A stretch of DNA of 63,689 bases, counting the filler, from Octopus bimaculoides (taxonomy: Eukaryota): NCBI RefSeq assembly GCF_001194135.2. It is 5 parts of 5 records of this genome, joined end to end, with 100 filler letters (N's around TTAATTAATTAA, not from the genome) between each part and the next. Parts side by side here need not be neighbours in the genome. Positions count along the whole stretch, not along the records: positions 49,377 to 56,168 come from NC_068990.1; positions 56,269 to 62,155 come from NC_068994.1; 3 more parts are not named here. One strand, written 5' to 3'. The notes under the pieces are model-generated. The model did not search any database. It had not been told where the DNA came from and was given only the letters and a program-made list of their open reading frames with translations. Of the stretch, positions 51,338 through 62,255 are shown piece by piece (position 1 is the stretch's first letter; each line of letters opens with the position of its first letter). Made by a program: the position numbers and the translations under genes.

Positions 51338-51651
51338 CAGAGATTATGTCGGGAGGTGGAGTTCATAATATTTGAATGACGATCACAGACGCTTGTAGGA
51401 CACGAGACACGTTGACGCAGAGAGTTGAGGATAGCAATAGTCTTAGCTTCAGCACCGGCGCCATCGGTGTGGGGAGTCGAATGAAAAAAAGTCACAAGAA
51501 AAATAGTCACAGAGAAAAAAACAACAAAAAAAAAACAACAATAACAATGAACGCCTTCATAACTTTTGTGTTGCTCAACGAGAAAACCACAAGACTGTGG
51601 TGGAGTTTCTTCCTGGCGTCGGCTGGAATAATTGTCGTAGCCGTCGGACAT
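51338..51651 (-). CDS. Candidate first exon, possibly a single-pass membrane or secreted protein
   Basis: ATG at 51651, open frame with hydrophobic CYCCFFFVVFFSVTIFLVTFF, donor CTG|GTAAAC at 51337. The hydrophobic stretch derives from T homopolymers. Confidence 0.2.
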
Positions 51652-52049
51652 TAAACAACTAAGTGTACATATAATGCCACGATACGATGTCAAATGTTTT
51701 CAATCTGTACATGACATGCATTGTTAATAAATGACCGATTTCAATTCATTGTTTTATTGTCTTATTTTGCTTAGGAAGTGGAATAAAAAGATTTTTTTTA
51801 AATGTGTAATGTCATCATCAGATGAATTGTGTACAGGTCATGCATTGTCAGTTAATAACTGATTAAATTTCCTTCGTTCTATTACTTTAATTGCTTATTG
51901 AATTTCAATAAAATGTGACTATTTTAATGGCTTTTTTTTTCAGCTAATTAAAATATATTAATAAACGTTGTGAATCGATTCTCTAACAAAAGTTATTTAT
52001 TTTCAGGTGATTAGACATCTTTGACCTGAAAACCACAGGGATGCAAGGA

Positions 52050-52919
52050 AATCTAAAACTGACCACTGCCCCACAGCAATGCAGCTGGTGTGTCCTGGAA
52101 TTTGCAAGATCAGTGTTGTGGCCATGCAGCGTGCTTTCAGACTCAAGTATCATCCGATTCCACTTACACGCAAGTCCATTCAGAAATGGTAAGACTATTT
52201 TAATCAGAAAGGGTGTATCTGTGATCAGAGACAGGGACGTTTTTACCAACCATCAATCTCAGAGGAAGTTATTGATCAAGTTACAAGAAAATTCGTGCAG
52301 AGCCCCAAAAAGTCAATACGAAGAGCTAGCCGAGAATCACACCTCCTCAAAAACACAGTTTGCAAGATCCTACACAGACACTTAAAGTTTCACCCTTACA
52401 AGCTGAAATTAGTCCAAAAACTCCACACGAAAGATAATGGAATGCGATTTGAATTTTGTGAGAATATCCAGGGATTAATGGAAGATAAGGCTAACCTGCT
52501 GTCAAAAATCATTTTCAGCGATGAGATGACATTTCACTTGAACTGCAAAGTCAATAGGAATAATGTGCAGAGATAGGGGCTTGAATATCTGCATGTTATC
52601 CAGGAAATTGAGCGACACTCACCAAAAGTTAATGTGTTTTATGTCGTATCAGAGAGGACAGTGTATGGCCCTTTCTTCTTTCAGGGAGGAACTGTTACTG
52701 GTCAAAGTTATATGGTAGCTTCCGTCTACCAAATCCATTCACAAGGCTTTGGTCGGCCCGAGGCTATTAGTAGAAGACACTTGCCCAAGGTGCCACGCAG
52801 TGGGACTGAACCCGTAACCATGTGGTTGGTAAGCAAGCTACTTACCACACGGCCACTCCTGCGTCTATTACAATAAAGTTATATGTTTGAAATCAGCGAG
52901 TGTTTTTGTGGACACCCTG
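52050..52919 (+). mobile_element. rosa/Tc3-like transposase pseudogene, N-terminal half plus right TIR
   Basis: SPKKSIRRAS...HPYKLKLVQKL...IIFSDEMTFHLNCKVNRNN...GPFFFQGGTVTG; ends GGACACCCTG-TA. Confidence 0.92.
52717..52866 (-). mobile_element. SINE family A head+core inserted in the transposon
   Basis: Little-diverged reverse-complement head; tail absent. Confidence 0.93.
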
Positions 52920-53409
52920 TATTAAAAAAAAAAAAAACTTCTCCAAATTGTTGTTAGAATATCCACACATATATGGAGTCAAGACCGTACGGTTTGTTCT
53001 GGCATCTAAATCGTATTACTTCTAATCGGTGCATTGTGTAAACGGTAAATAAAGTTTAGGTAGTGGAAAATTCGTGAGGAGGTAGAATAACCATTTGAGC
53101 CGCAATGTAATTGAGCGGTAAATAAGCGTGTGAGGGGGGAGTGTCATGTCACATGATACGAAGATCAAGGCACAAAGCAACATGACGGCTTATCTGTGAG
53201 CACGTAACAGGTGTGAGCATCACGTTATCAACATTATATTTCCGTTGACACACGTAAAGGGAGATATATATATATATATATATATACATGAACATAGATA
53301 AGCACACAGATTTTTGGTCATTCATTCTTGTGTATTCTTTGTGTGTGTGTGTGTGTGTGTGTGTGCTGTATTTGTATGTGTCGGGAAGGATGTACGAATT
53401 TGTGTGAGT

Positions 53410-53480
<71 letters not shown>

Positions 53481-54056
53481 NNNNNNNNNNNNNNNNNNNN
53501 NNNNNNNNNNNNNNNNNNNNNNNNNNNNNNNNNNNNNNNNNNNNNNNNNNNNNNNNNNNNNNNNNNNNNNNNNNNNNNNNNNNNNNNNNNNNNNNNNNNN
53601 NNNNNNNNNNNNNNNNNNNNNNNNNNNNNNNNNNNNNNNNNNNNNNNNNNNNNNNNNNNNNNNNNNNNNNNNNNNNNNNNNNNNNNNNNNNNNNNNNNNN
53701 NNNNNNNNNNNNNNNNNNNNNNNNNNNNNNNNNNNNNNNNNNNNNNNNNNNNNNNNNNNNNNNNNNNNNNNNNNNNNNNNNNNNNNNNNNNNNNNNNNNN
53801 NNNNNNNNNNNNNNNNNNNNNNNNNNNNNNNNNNNNNNNNNNNNNNNNNNNNNNNNNNNNNNNNNNNNNNNNNNNNNNNNNNNNNNNNNNNNNNNNNNNN
53901 NNNNNNNNNNNNNNNNNNNNNNNNNNNNNNNNNNNNNNNNNNNNNNNNNNNNNNNNNNNNNNNNNNNNNNNNNNNNNNNNNNNNNNNNNNNNNNNNNNNN
54001 NNNNNNNNNNNNNNTATATGAATAAATGGAGTTAAACGCAGGTGTTATTCAAATTC

Positions 54057-54153
54057 TTTCACTTCCGACACATGTTTCGAAGATATCACTGGTATTATTC
54101 CAAAGGAATAAAATGGTGTAAAACAATGTAATCTTCTCTTCAAGGAAGTGAAA
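54057..54153 (-). ncRNA. Type I hammerhead ribozyme motif (Penelope-like, dimer-type stem III)
   Basis: Minus strand: UUUCACUUCC-UUGAAGA-GAAGAU-(46 nt)-AUCUUC-GAAA-CAUGUG-UC-GGAAGUGAAA. 10-bp stem I, 6-bp stem II, GUC triplet; the only core deviation is C3U. Confidence 0.7.
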
Positions 54154-54304
54154 AAATAAAACTCGTCAATAAGACATTTTAACAGAATATGATGGATATG
54201 TATAGTGATGAACTGAACGCTATTAAGTGGAGGGTAGCGACATCAAACTCCATTCTTCAAGTGCCACATATTAGAGGTGGCTCTCAGTAATAAGTGTAGC
54301 AAAA

Positions 54305-54350
54305 CGGCGGTGCCCCAGCATGGCCGTAGCTCTGAGCTGAAACTATAAAA
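54305..54350 (+). mobile_element. Family A-type SINE tail fragment
   Basis: GGCGGTGCCCCAGCATGGCCGTAG...CTGAAAC. Confidence 0.6.
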
Positions 54351-54353
54351 AAA

Positions 54354-54386
<33 letters not shown>

Positions 54387-55092
54387 TGTGTGTGTATGTA
54401 TGTACATACATACATACATACATACTATGCGAGGACATGACAGTTTGTGCGTCAGATTTTACGATGGCCTGGTAGATGCTAGAATAATGTCAGTGTTTTC
54501 GGGTTTTTTTATGAGAAAGAGCTGCGTGCACATAATATGCAGTTTCATTTTCACACAATCTGCCAACTTGCAAGCTATAGTCAAGCAACTGAGCTTGTAT
54601 GAAATTGCAGGAAATTGCCAAAATAACTGAATTGAAGATCTCTAGGCCATGCAGTACTATATAACATGGTATGTTTATCAAAACTATAAAATATCATACC
54701 AAATATTTGCATCATGTCACTGAAACTTTGCATCACTTGCCCATAGAGACACGCTGCCACCAGATTCGAAGCTGTAAAAATGACGATCATTTGTTTCATG
54801 CCGCGAAGCACACACGCACATGCACACAGAACCAATGCTTAGCCATTATGTGTATACGTACATTTATAATGCATTCTCTGAGTTCATTCACTCTTTAACA
54901 GGTCTTGTCTTCATCTTGAAGGGTGTCCAAAAATCACCCTTCCCCGCTAGCAAACTTTGCTGAGTTACCAGTTCAGTTGCCGACGGCCAGGTCATGCAGC
55001 TGATAAGATGTGTACTGGGTTACCAGTAGCTCTTATTTATAAACCACAATCATACACATATACACACATACACATACGCACGCACACATAGA

Positions 55093-55146
<54 letters not shown>

Positions 55147-55739
55147 NNNNNNNNNNNNNNNNNNNNNNNNNNNNNNNNNNNNNNNNNNNNNNNNNNNNNN
55201 NNNNNNNNNNNNNNNNNNNNNNNNNNNNNNNNNNNNNNNNNNNNNNNNNNNNNNNNNNNNNNNNNNNNNNNNNNNNNNNNNNNNNNNNNNNNNNNNNNNN
55301 NNNNNNNNNNNNNNNNNNNNNNNNNNNNNNNNNNNNNNNNNNNNNNNNNNNNNTATATATGTACATATGGTTACTTGTCTGTGATTAAGGAAACGTTACT
55401 GTGCCATCAACACATCATTCTTGAAGCCGATAAGCAACAAACTCCGCCTTCCCACTCCTATAACATGCCCTATATACTAATTAATTGCTTATTCTAATAA
55501 GCAATTAACCAGAATATAGGGTATGCTATTTTAAGCTTCATATTCAACGTCAGCCAAGAAAGAAAGCCATATACATTAAAATTCTTTATACCTCATCAAA
55601 TCAAACACAACTGATTCTTGAGTTTTAAATTCAGTCCCTGAATACAGGCTCAATGTTTATCAGGGAACTGAGAAACCACTTTGTTTGTTTCTGCTATTTG
55701 CTTTTGGCCCGCACTCTTCACCATCGCCACAACCACCAC

Positions 55740-55760
55740 CACCACCAATCATCGTCGTCG

Positions 55761-55792
<32 letters not shown>

Positions 55793-55913
55793 GTCACCAC
55801 AACCACCACAGTCATGACCACGACCTTCTTCTTCTTCTTCTTCTTCTTCTTCTTCTTCTTCTTCTTCTTCTTCTTCTTCTTCTTCTTCTTCTTCTTCTTC
55901 TTCTTCTTCTTCT
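55740..55913. repeat. (CAT/CAC)n followed by a long (TTC)n
   Basis: Direct inspection. Confidence 0.9.
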
Positions 55914-56168
55914 GTGGTGATGATGGCTGCTGTTACAGTTATAGCGGGAAATCCATATCAGCTATGACCGAGCAGATCTGTAATCGAATGCGTTCCATCC
56001 GTGAACATCTCGTCTCCACGCAAAGAGCCCCAGGGGCGACATTATCTCACTAGTCTCGTTATAAGAAGGAAGAGAGTGCGATTCATTTCTAGCAGATCGA
56101 AAAACCACATAGAGGCACCCTCATAGTCACAGAATTCGTGTAGGGGCTGGTGAGAGCGGGGAGAGATA

Positions 56169-56268
56169 NNNNNNNNNNNNNNNNNNNNNNNNNNNNNNNN
56201 NNNNNNNNNNNNTTAATTAATTAANNNNNNNNNNNNNNNNNNNNNNNNNNNNNNNNNNNNNNNNNNNN
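56169..56268. other. Artificial scaffold-join linker
   Basis: N44-TTAATTAATTAA-N44. Confidence 0.95.
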
Positions 56269-56312
<44 letters not shown>

Positions 56313-56727
56313 GTTATATATACACACAGACATATATGTGCATATAACTATTACCGCTGTATAAAACAAATGAAAAGAGCTGATGATATATATCTTTGAT
56401 ACGATACAATGTGTGCTCAGAAAACCACGCATAGAATTCCATTGTGTTAACTACCGATCATATAAACTCATATTCGTTACTCTATTCTAAATATTAAAAA
56501 CCTGGGAGAATTGTTAGACTTATCAGCGTTAATATTTTTTAAGCATCCAATAGTTAATGTCTACTACGAAAATTCGAAGAGTTTGCTAATCTGTAAATCG
56601 GAGGTGTAAAATTATATAAGAGGAGTATATGACGTTTTAGGGGTGTTTATTTCGTACGATCTTCCGTCAGCCTCAGCGACGAGTCTTGTGTTGCTGGAGC
56701 AAAACTGAATCACTCCAGTTGAAAGTG

Positions 56728-56984
56728 TAGGGTGTTCAAAAAGGTCTCTGTGCAGTATTTTATTGCAAAATAAATATTTAAAAGATGATATAAGACTACA
56801 AAAGAATATATTAGACTTTACGAGACTTTAAAAAACTTTATAAGAAGTGTTGAAAGTGTCGTCCTTCATTTTTAATACATAATTTGACTCTTCTACACAT
56901 GTTTTGAAATACATGTTGGAGATTCTGACTCTTGGAGAGTCACGAGGAAAAAATTCACTGCGGAGAGACATTTTGAAAACCCTA
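56728..56984 (-). mobile_element. rosa-derived miniature element with both TIRs
   Basis: TAGGGTGTTCAAAAAGGTCTCTGTGCAGT / ACTGCGGAGAGACATTTTGAAAACCCTA. The internal minus frame ends LQHVFQNMCRRVKLCIKNEGRHFQHFL*. Confidence 0.88.
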
Positions 56985-57092
56985 TATATCTGCGAGGGAC
57001 TCGCATAACATAGTCATAAAATATATCTAGGAAGGAAAACTGCATAGACGGAAACTGTGTAGATGATCATCGGGTCGTCTATATTTCTAATT

Positions 57093-57352
57093 GTGGAGGC
57101 GCGTGGCTTAGTGGTTAGGGTGTCGGCATCATGATCGTAAGATTGTGGTTTCGATTCCTGGACCGGGCGACACGTTGTGTTCTTGAGCAAAACACTTCAA
57201 TTCATGTTGCTCCAGTCCACTCAGCTAGCAAAAATGAGTCACGCTGCGATGGACTGGCGTCCCGTCCAGCTGGGGAATTCATACGCTATTGAAACCGAGA
57301 AACCAGGCCCATGAGCCCGGCTAGGCTTTAAAAGGGCGCATTTATTTATTTA
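57093..57352 (+). mobile_element. SINE family D, full length with 14-bp TSD (1 mismatch)
   Basis: CTATATTTCTAATT 57079-57092 / CTATATTCCTAATT 57353-57366; (TTTA)n tail. Confidence 0.95.
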
Positions 57353-57899
57353 CTATATTCCTAATTCATATATATATATGAGTAGCATAAGATATGGATT
57401 TTGAAAATGATGTGGCTATCATGTTAAGCTCCTCGTACAGAGTCGGCTATCAATTCATATAATAATCAATTACAAAGTAGTGTAATGTAAAGAGACCGTC
57501 TAACTAAAACTATCATACAAAAAATCCGATGGGTAAAATAATTCCGAGAAGTGCATATAAAAACATAACGTTAGGAAGTGTAAGAGGTGGCTATAGATTT
57601 ATTTAACAATATGATCTCCATAGGATTATGGCCGTTTCGCAACTATTGATGTAGCCACGATAAGGTAACTTATTTTATTTGCATTAATTTTTTTTAATAT
57701 ACAATCTATACATTAATGCAAACATGTAGACATAATATCTTATATTCTGAAATTAATACTACAAGGTTACTAAACAGTCGTTTGGTCGTAAACCTATGGA
57801 AATCTTGTGGTTAAATAAATCTAAAGTCGCCTGTCATACCTCGTGATTTATTAACTTATGTTTTGTCTGTGTGTGTGTGTGTGTTTGTGTGTTTACATA

Positions 57900-58040
57900 T
57901 TCGGGTTTCCTGACAGTTTCCATCTACGAAGGTCACTCACAAAGAATTGGTCGACCAAGAGATATAGCAGAAGACACTTGCCTTACAGTTGTTCTGATCC
58001 CCAAAGCACACAGCTGTTAAGCGAGCTCCTCCTTAACCAC
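57900..58040 (-). mobile_element. SINE family A head/core, degenerate
   Basis: CAGTTTCCATCTAC...TGGTCGACC...GAAGACACTTGCC. Confidence 0.65.
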
Positions 58041-58639
58041 GAATGCTTTAGAAAGGAGGCCTAAAGAGCTTGCCAACTCTGCTAAAATTAGCAGCCAAAT
58101 CAACTTCAAATTATAAAATGTGTTATGAATGCCTGTCACCTTCGTTCACCTGCTCTTAGATATGCCAAAGTACAGCGTGGTTGAGTAGTTTAGTAAAAGT
58201 ATTGTGATTCTAGCCTTTGTCTTCGACATGTGGTTCTTGAAGGTACTGTATGGTGTTCTAACTGTTGTTCTTATCGTTGTTGTTATTTTATGTTTTTGCT
58301 GCGTTAATATTGTTTTCGATATTGTTTGATATTATATGATATTGTTTTCTGCATGTAGTGAATCGTATTGCTATTGTTGTACTTGATGTTGTTGTTGCAG
58401 CACTGTGACAGCTATGTTTGTTGTTGTATTGTTTTTGTTCATTCTTGTTGTTATTGTTGTTTTGTTTATCATTGTTCTTGTAACGTTCTCGTCATTGTGT
58501 CTACTATTACAAATGATGGTGCTGTTGTTGCTGCTGTTGTTGTTTTGTCTAGTTTTGTTATTGTTGGTACTTTTTTCGCTGTGTTTGTTTTTTTTTCGAT
58601 TTTGTTAGTATTGTTGCCAGTGTAATTCACAAATGGCTG

Positions 58640-58695
58640 TAGTGGTCACAGTGATGATGGTATGATGATGGTGATGATGATGATGATGATGATAA

Positions 58696-58729
<34 letters not shown>

Positions 58730-58746
58730 GGTGGTGGTGGTGGTGC

Positions 58747-58790
<44 letters not shown>

Positions 58791-59233
58791 GTGATGGTGA
58801 TGATGGTGATGGTGATGGTAGTGGTGAGGTTAAAGATGACGATGAAGTGATAGCGATGATGATGCTGACCTTGTTGGTGATGATCATGATCCTGATCATC
58901 ACGATGATAGCAGTGGTAGCGATGATGTTGATGATGTTGATGATGGTGGTGGTGGTGGTGGTGGTGGTGGTAGTGGTAGTGGTAGTGGTAGTGGTAGTGG
59001 TAGATGATTGTGATATTGATGATGATGATGGTGATGATGATGAAGACAACGACAACGATGATGATGTAGATGATGGTAGTGGTGATGTTAGTGATGATGA
59101 GGAGGAGAAGGAGAAGGAAACCGGAGGAGGAGGTGGATGACGATGATGCTGGTGGTGCGTGACGGTGATGATGTTGACGTCGGTTGGCAGTGATGAGGAT
59201 GATGATGATGATGATGATGATGACGACGACGAC

Positions 59234-59294
<61 letters not shown>

Positions 59295-59580
59295 GGGATA
59301 ATGATGATGACGATGACAATGATGACAGTGTGGGTGATGTTGATAATGATGTCTGATGACTATTTTGATGACGTTGTTGCTGATGATGTTGTTGATGACG
59401 ACGACGACGATGATGATAACGATGATAGTGGTGGTGATGGTGGTGGTAGTGCTGGTGGTGGTGGTGATGGTGGTGGTGGTGAGGGTGCTGGTAGTCGTCG
59501 TCGTCGTGATGAGAGCGGCGATGGGGACAATGATCGAGAGACTACGCACATTGTTCTTTGCATCTGTTGTTGTTGCTGTT
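58640..59580. repeat. ~0.9-kb mosaic (GAT/GGT/GAC/GTA)n trinucleotide tract
   Basis: Direct inspection; source of the poly-M/D/V/S/H ORFs. Confidence 0.92.
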
Positions 59581-60967
59581 GTTGGCATTCATTTTATTTT
59601 TATTGATCAATATGTTACATTTGGTTTCTCTCTGCATCAACAAAATTTCTCTCATTTATATATATTTTTTCTTTTAATTGTCTCCGTCTTTTGTTAAGAT
59701 GGTGTCAGTTAGTTTCCTGCCTTTCACATTTCTGTTTTTTTTTCTTTTTTCTTTCTTTTTTGCCTTCTTCTTCTTCTTCTTCTTCTTCTTCTTCTTCTTC
59801 TTCTTCTTCTTCTTCTTCTTCTTCTTCTTCTTCTTCTTCTTCTCTGCCTCTCTCACTTTCCTTGTATTTGTATATCTGTCTACCAAAATATCTATCTATA
59901 TATCTATCTATCTATCTATTTATCTCTCTCTCTCTCTCTCTCTCTATATNNNNNNNNNNNNNNNNNNNNNNNNNNNNNNNNNNNNNNNNNNNNNNNNNNN
60001 NNNNNNNNNNNNNNNNNNNNNNNNNNNNNNNNNNNNNNNNNNNNNNNNNNNNNNNNNNNNNNNNNNNNNNNNNNNNNNNNNNNNNNNNNNNNNNNNNNNN
60101 NNNNNNNNNNNNNNNNNNNNNNNNNNNNNNNNNNNNNNNNNNNNNNNNNNNNNNNNNNNNNNNNNNNNNNNNNNNNNNNNNNNNNNNNNNNNNNNNNNNN
60201 NNNNNNNNNNNNNNNNNNNNNNNNNNNNNNNNNNNNNNNNNNNNNNNNNNNNNNNNNNNNNNNNNNNNNNNNNNNNNNNNNNNNNNNNNNNNNNNNNNNN
60301 NNNNNNNNNNNNNNNNNNNNNNNNNNNNNNNNNNNNNNNNNNNNNNNNNNNNNNNNNNNNNNNNNNNNNNNNNNNNNNNNNNNNNNNNNNNNNNNNNNNN
60401 NNNNNNNNNNNNNNNNNNNNNNNNNNNNNNNNNNNNNNNNNNNNNNNNNNNNNNNNNNNNNNNNNNNNNNNNNNNNNNNNNNNNNNNNNNNNNNNNNNNN
60501 NNNNNNNNNNNNNNNNNNNNNNNNNNNNNNNNNNNNNNNNNNNNNNNNNNNNNNNNNNNNNNNNNNNNNNNNNNNNNNNNNNNNNNNNNNNNNNNNNNNN
60601 NNNNNNNNNNNNNNNNNNNNNNNNNNNNNNNNNNNNNNNNNNNNNNNNNNNNNNNNNNNNNNNNNNNNNNNNNNNNNNNNNNNNNNNNNNNNNNNNNNNN
60701 NNNNNNNNNNNNNNNNNNNNNNNNNNNNNNNNNNNNNNNNNNNNNNNNNNNNNNNNNNNNNNNNNNNNNNNNNNNNNNNNNNNNNNNNNNNNNNNNNNNN
60801 NNNNNNNNNNNTATATATATAATTCAAATTATGATGAACGTATACAAACAAACGAAGTTTGCTTTAGAAGCGTTGAGATGTCTTAGAAAGTTAAAGAAGT
60901 GATTTTTAAATTCTTAAACTCAGGATAATGCTAAGCTACCCCTATTTTGCAGAAAAAAGTGTTGGCG

Positions 60968-61038
60968 GCCGGCTATGAAACTCGAACTCACACCTCCGTG
61001 ATTACGCGTCGCGGTGCTCATTGCCAAACTATCGTGGC
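60968..61038 (-). pseudogene. tRNA-like sequence (Thr-CGT-like anticodon arm); SINE head or tRNA pseudogene
   Basis: Minus strand: CGCGA-CGCGTAA-TCACG anticodon arm and GTGAG-TTCGAGT-TTCAT T-arm. The acceptor stem pairs only 3 bp. Confidence 0.45.
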
Positions 61039-61334
61039 AGTCCAGAGAAATAGGACGAGAGTTGCCGTTGACCGCCTATAGCTATCACGCCCGAACCTGC
61101 GTCCATAAACCTTCGAACAGGGGAGGTCATCAACTTCCCTTTGCTGGCTTGGCATTCAAAGACCGGTTTCGGGGGAGTTGCCCCTTTTCAATGTGGAACA
61201 GGTCTGGTAACTTATTCTATCTGTCTAGCCATCTGTCTAGCCATCTGTCTATCTATATAAATATATGTGTGTATGTGTCTATGTGTGCATGCGACATTTT
61301 CTTCTGCTCCTTTGGTTGTCTCCCTTTCTCTTTT

Positions 61335-61361
61335 CCGACGAAGAGCTATGCTCGAAACGTT
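61335..61361 (+). ncRNA. Decayed minimal hammerhead ribozyme core (Penelope-like)
   Basis: CCGACGA-A-GAGC-TAT-GCTC-GAAA-CGT-T: U4C, extra A after A9, perfect 4-bp stem II, palindromic ACGT stem III, stem I only 2 bp. Confidence 0.5.
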
Positions 61362-61524
61362 AACATCACCCCTTTCACCGAGCGTCAATCTAATAAACTA
61401 ATATATTTCTTCAGCACGTCCTTAAGTTCGTTGTTTTTCGCCATTTTTTTTTTCGATTTTTATCCGTTTATTTAGTTTCTTCATTTGAATTGATTATACA
61501 CACACATAAACACATACACACACA

Positions 61525-61562
<38 letters not shown>

Positions 61563-62155
61563 TTATATTCGAACTATTTATGCCGTGCATGATATATACG
61601 GCATACATCAACGTTACAAAGTATCAAAATATATGAAACAAAACATCCAACAAAGCAAAATCAAAAAACAATATATAACACACAAAAGCAAATTGCAAGT
61701 GTTGCTGCTGGTTCAGATTTTAATGTTCAACTGTAGAGAAGGAGAAGGTGATATATAAACAGATAGCGAGTAGACAATTAGATAACCAGAGACAAGAGAA
61801 GACGAGAGAGATCGAAGGGTAGTTTAAGAGATATATGGAAGTAGGGCCAGATGTAGAGATAACGTGGAATACTATCATGACGGAATCACAAGATAGTAGA
61901 ATATAAATATAGACGAAAGAGATTTTTTTTTTTTTTGCTTCTTGCTTGCATGTTTGTTTATTCGGGAAAAAAGTTCGCGTACTCAAACATATCTTCATCA
62001 GACATGCTTTAGTAAGCTTCTCGATAAATTCTGCAATCGAGAATGCATGTGTTTTTCATGTTGAGAAGCAATAAATATGTATTGCTATGTATCCAGCCTG
62101 CTCAAGCAGTGGTAAGTGTTGCATGTTGTATACGTATTTATATATATATATATAT

Positions 62156-62255
62156 NNNNNNNNNNNNNNNNNNNNNNNNNNNNNNNNNNNNNNNNNNNNT
62201 TAATTAATTAANNNNNNNNNNNNNNNNNNNNNNNNNNNNNNNNNNNNNNNNNNNN
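62156..62255. other. Artificial scaffold-join linker
   Basis: N44-TTAATTAATTAA-N44. Confidence 0.95.

Noticed and set aside
49618-52919. The two rosa halves as one element split by inversion
   Set aside because: Their overlapping peptides (INRYNCTYW...[11 protein letters not shown] vs VNRNNVQR...GPFFFQGGTVTG) are too divergent; they are separate subfamilies.
54425-54810. Possible DNA-transposon remnant (TATGCGAGGAC... end)
   Set aside because: No matching second TIR or transposase motif could be found by eye.
55930-56053. Frame GKSISAMTEQICNRMRSIREHL after (TTC)n
   Set aside because: Short, unrecognised, at a scaffold end, with no partner exons.
3543-61038. SINE heads as tRNA genes
   Set aside because: They lack complete cloverleaves and continue into SINE bodies.
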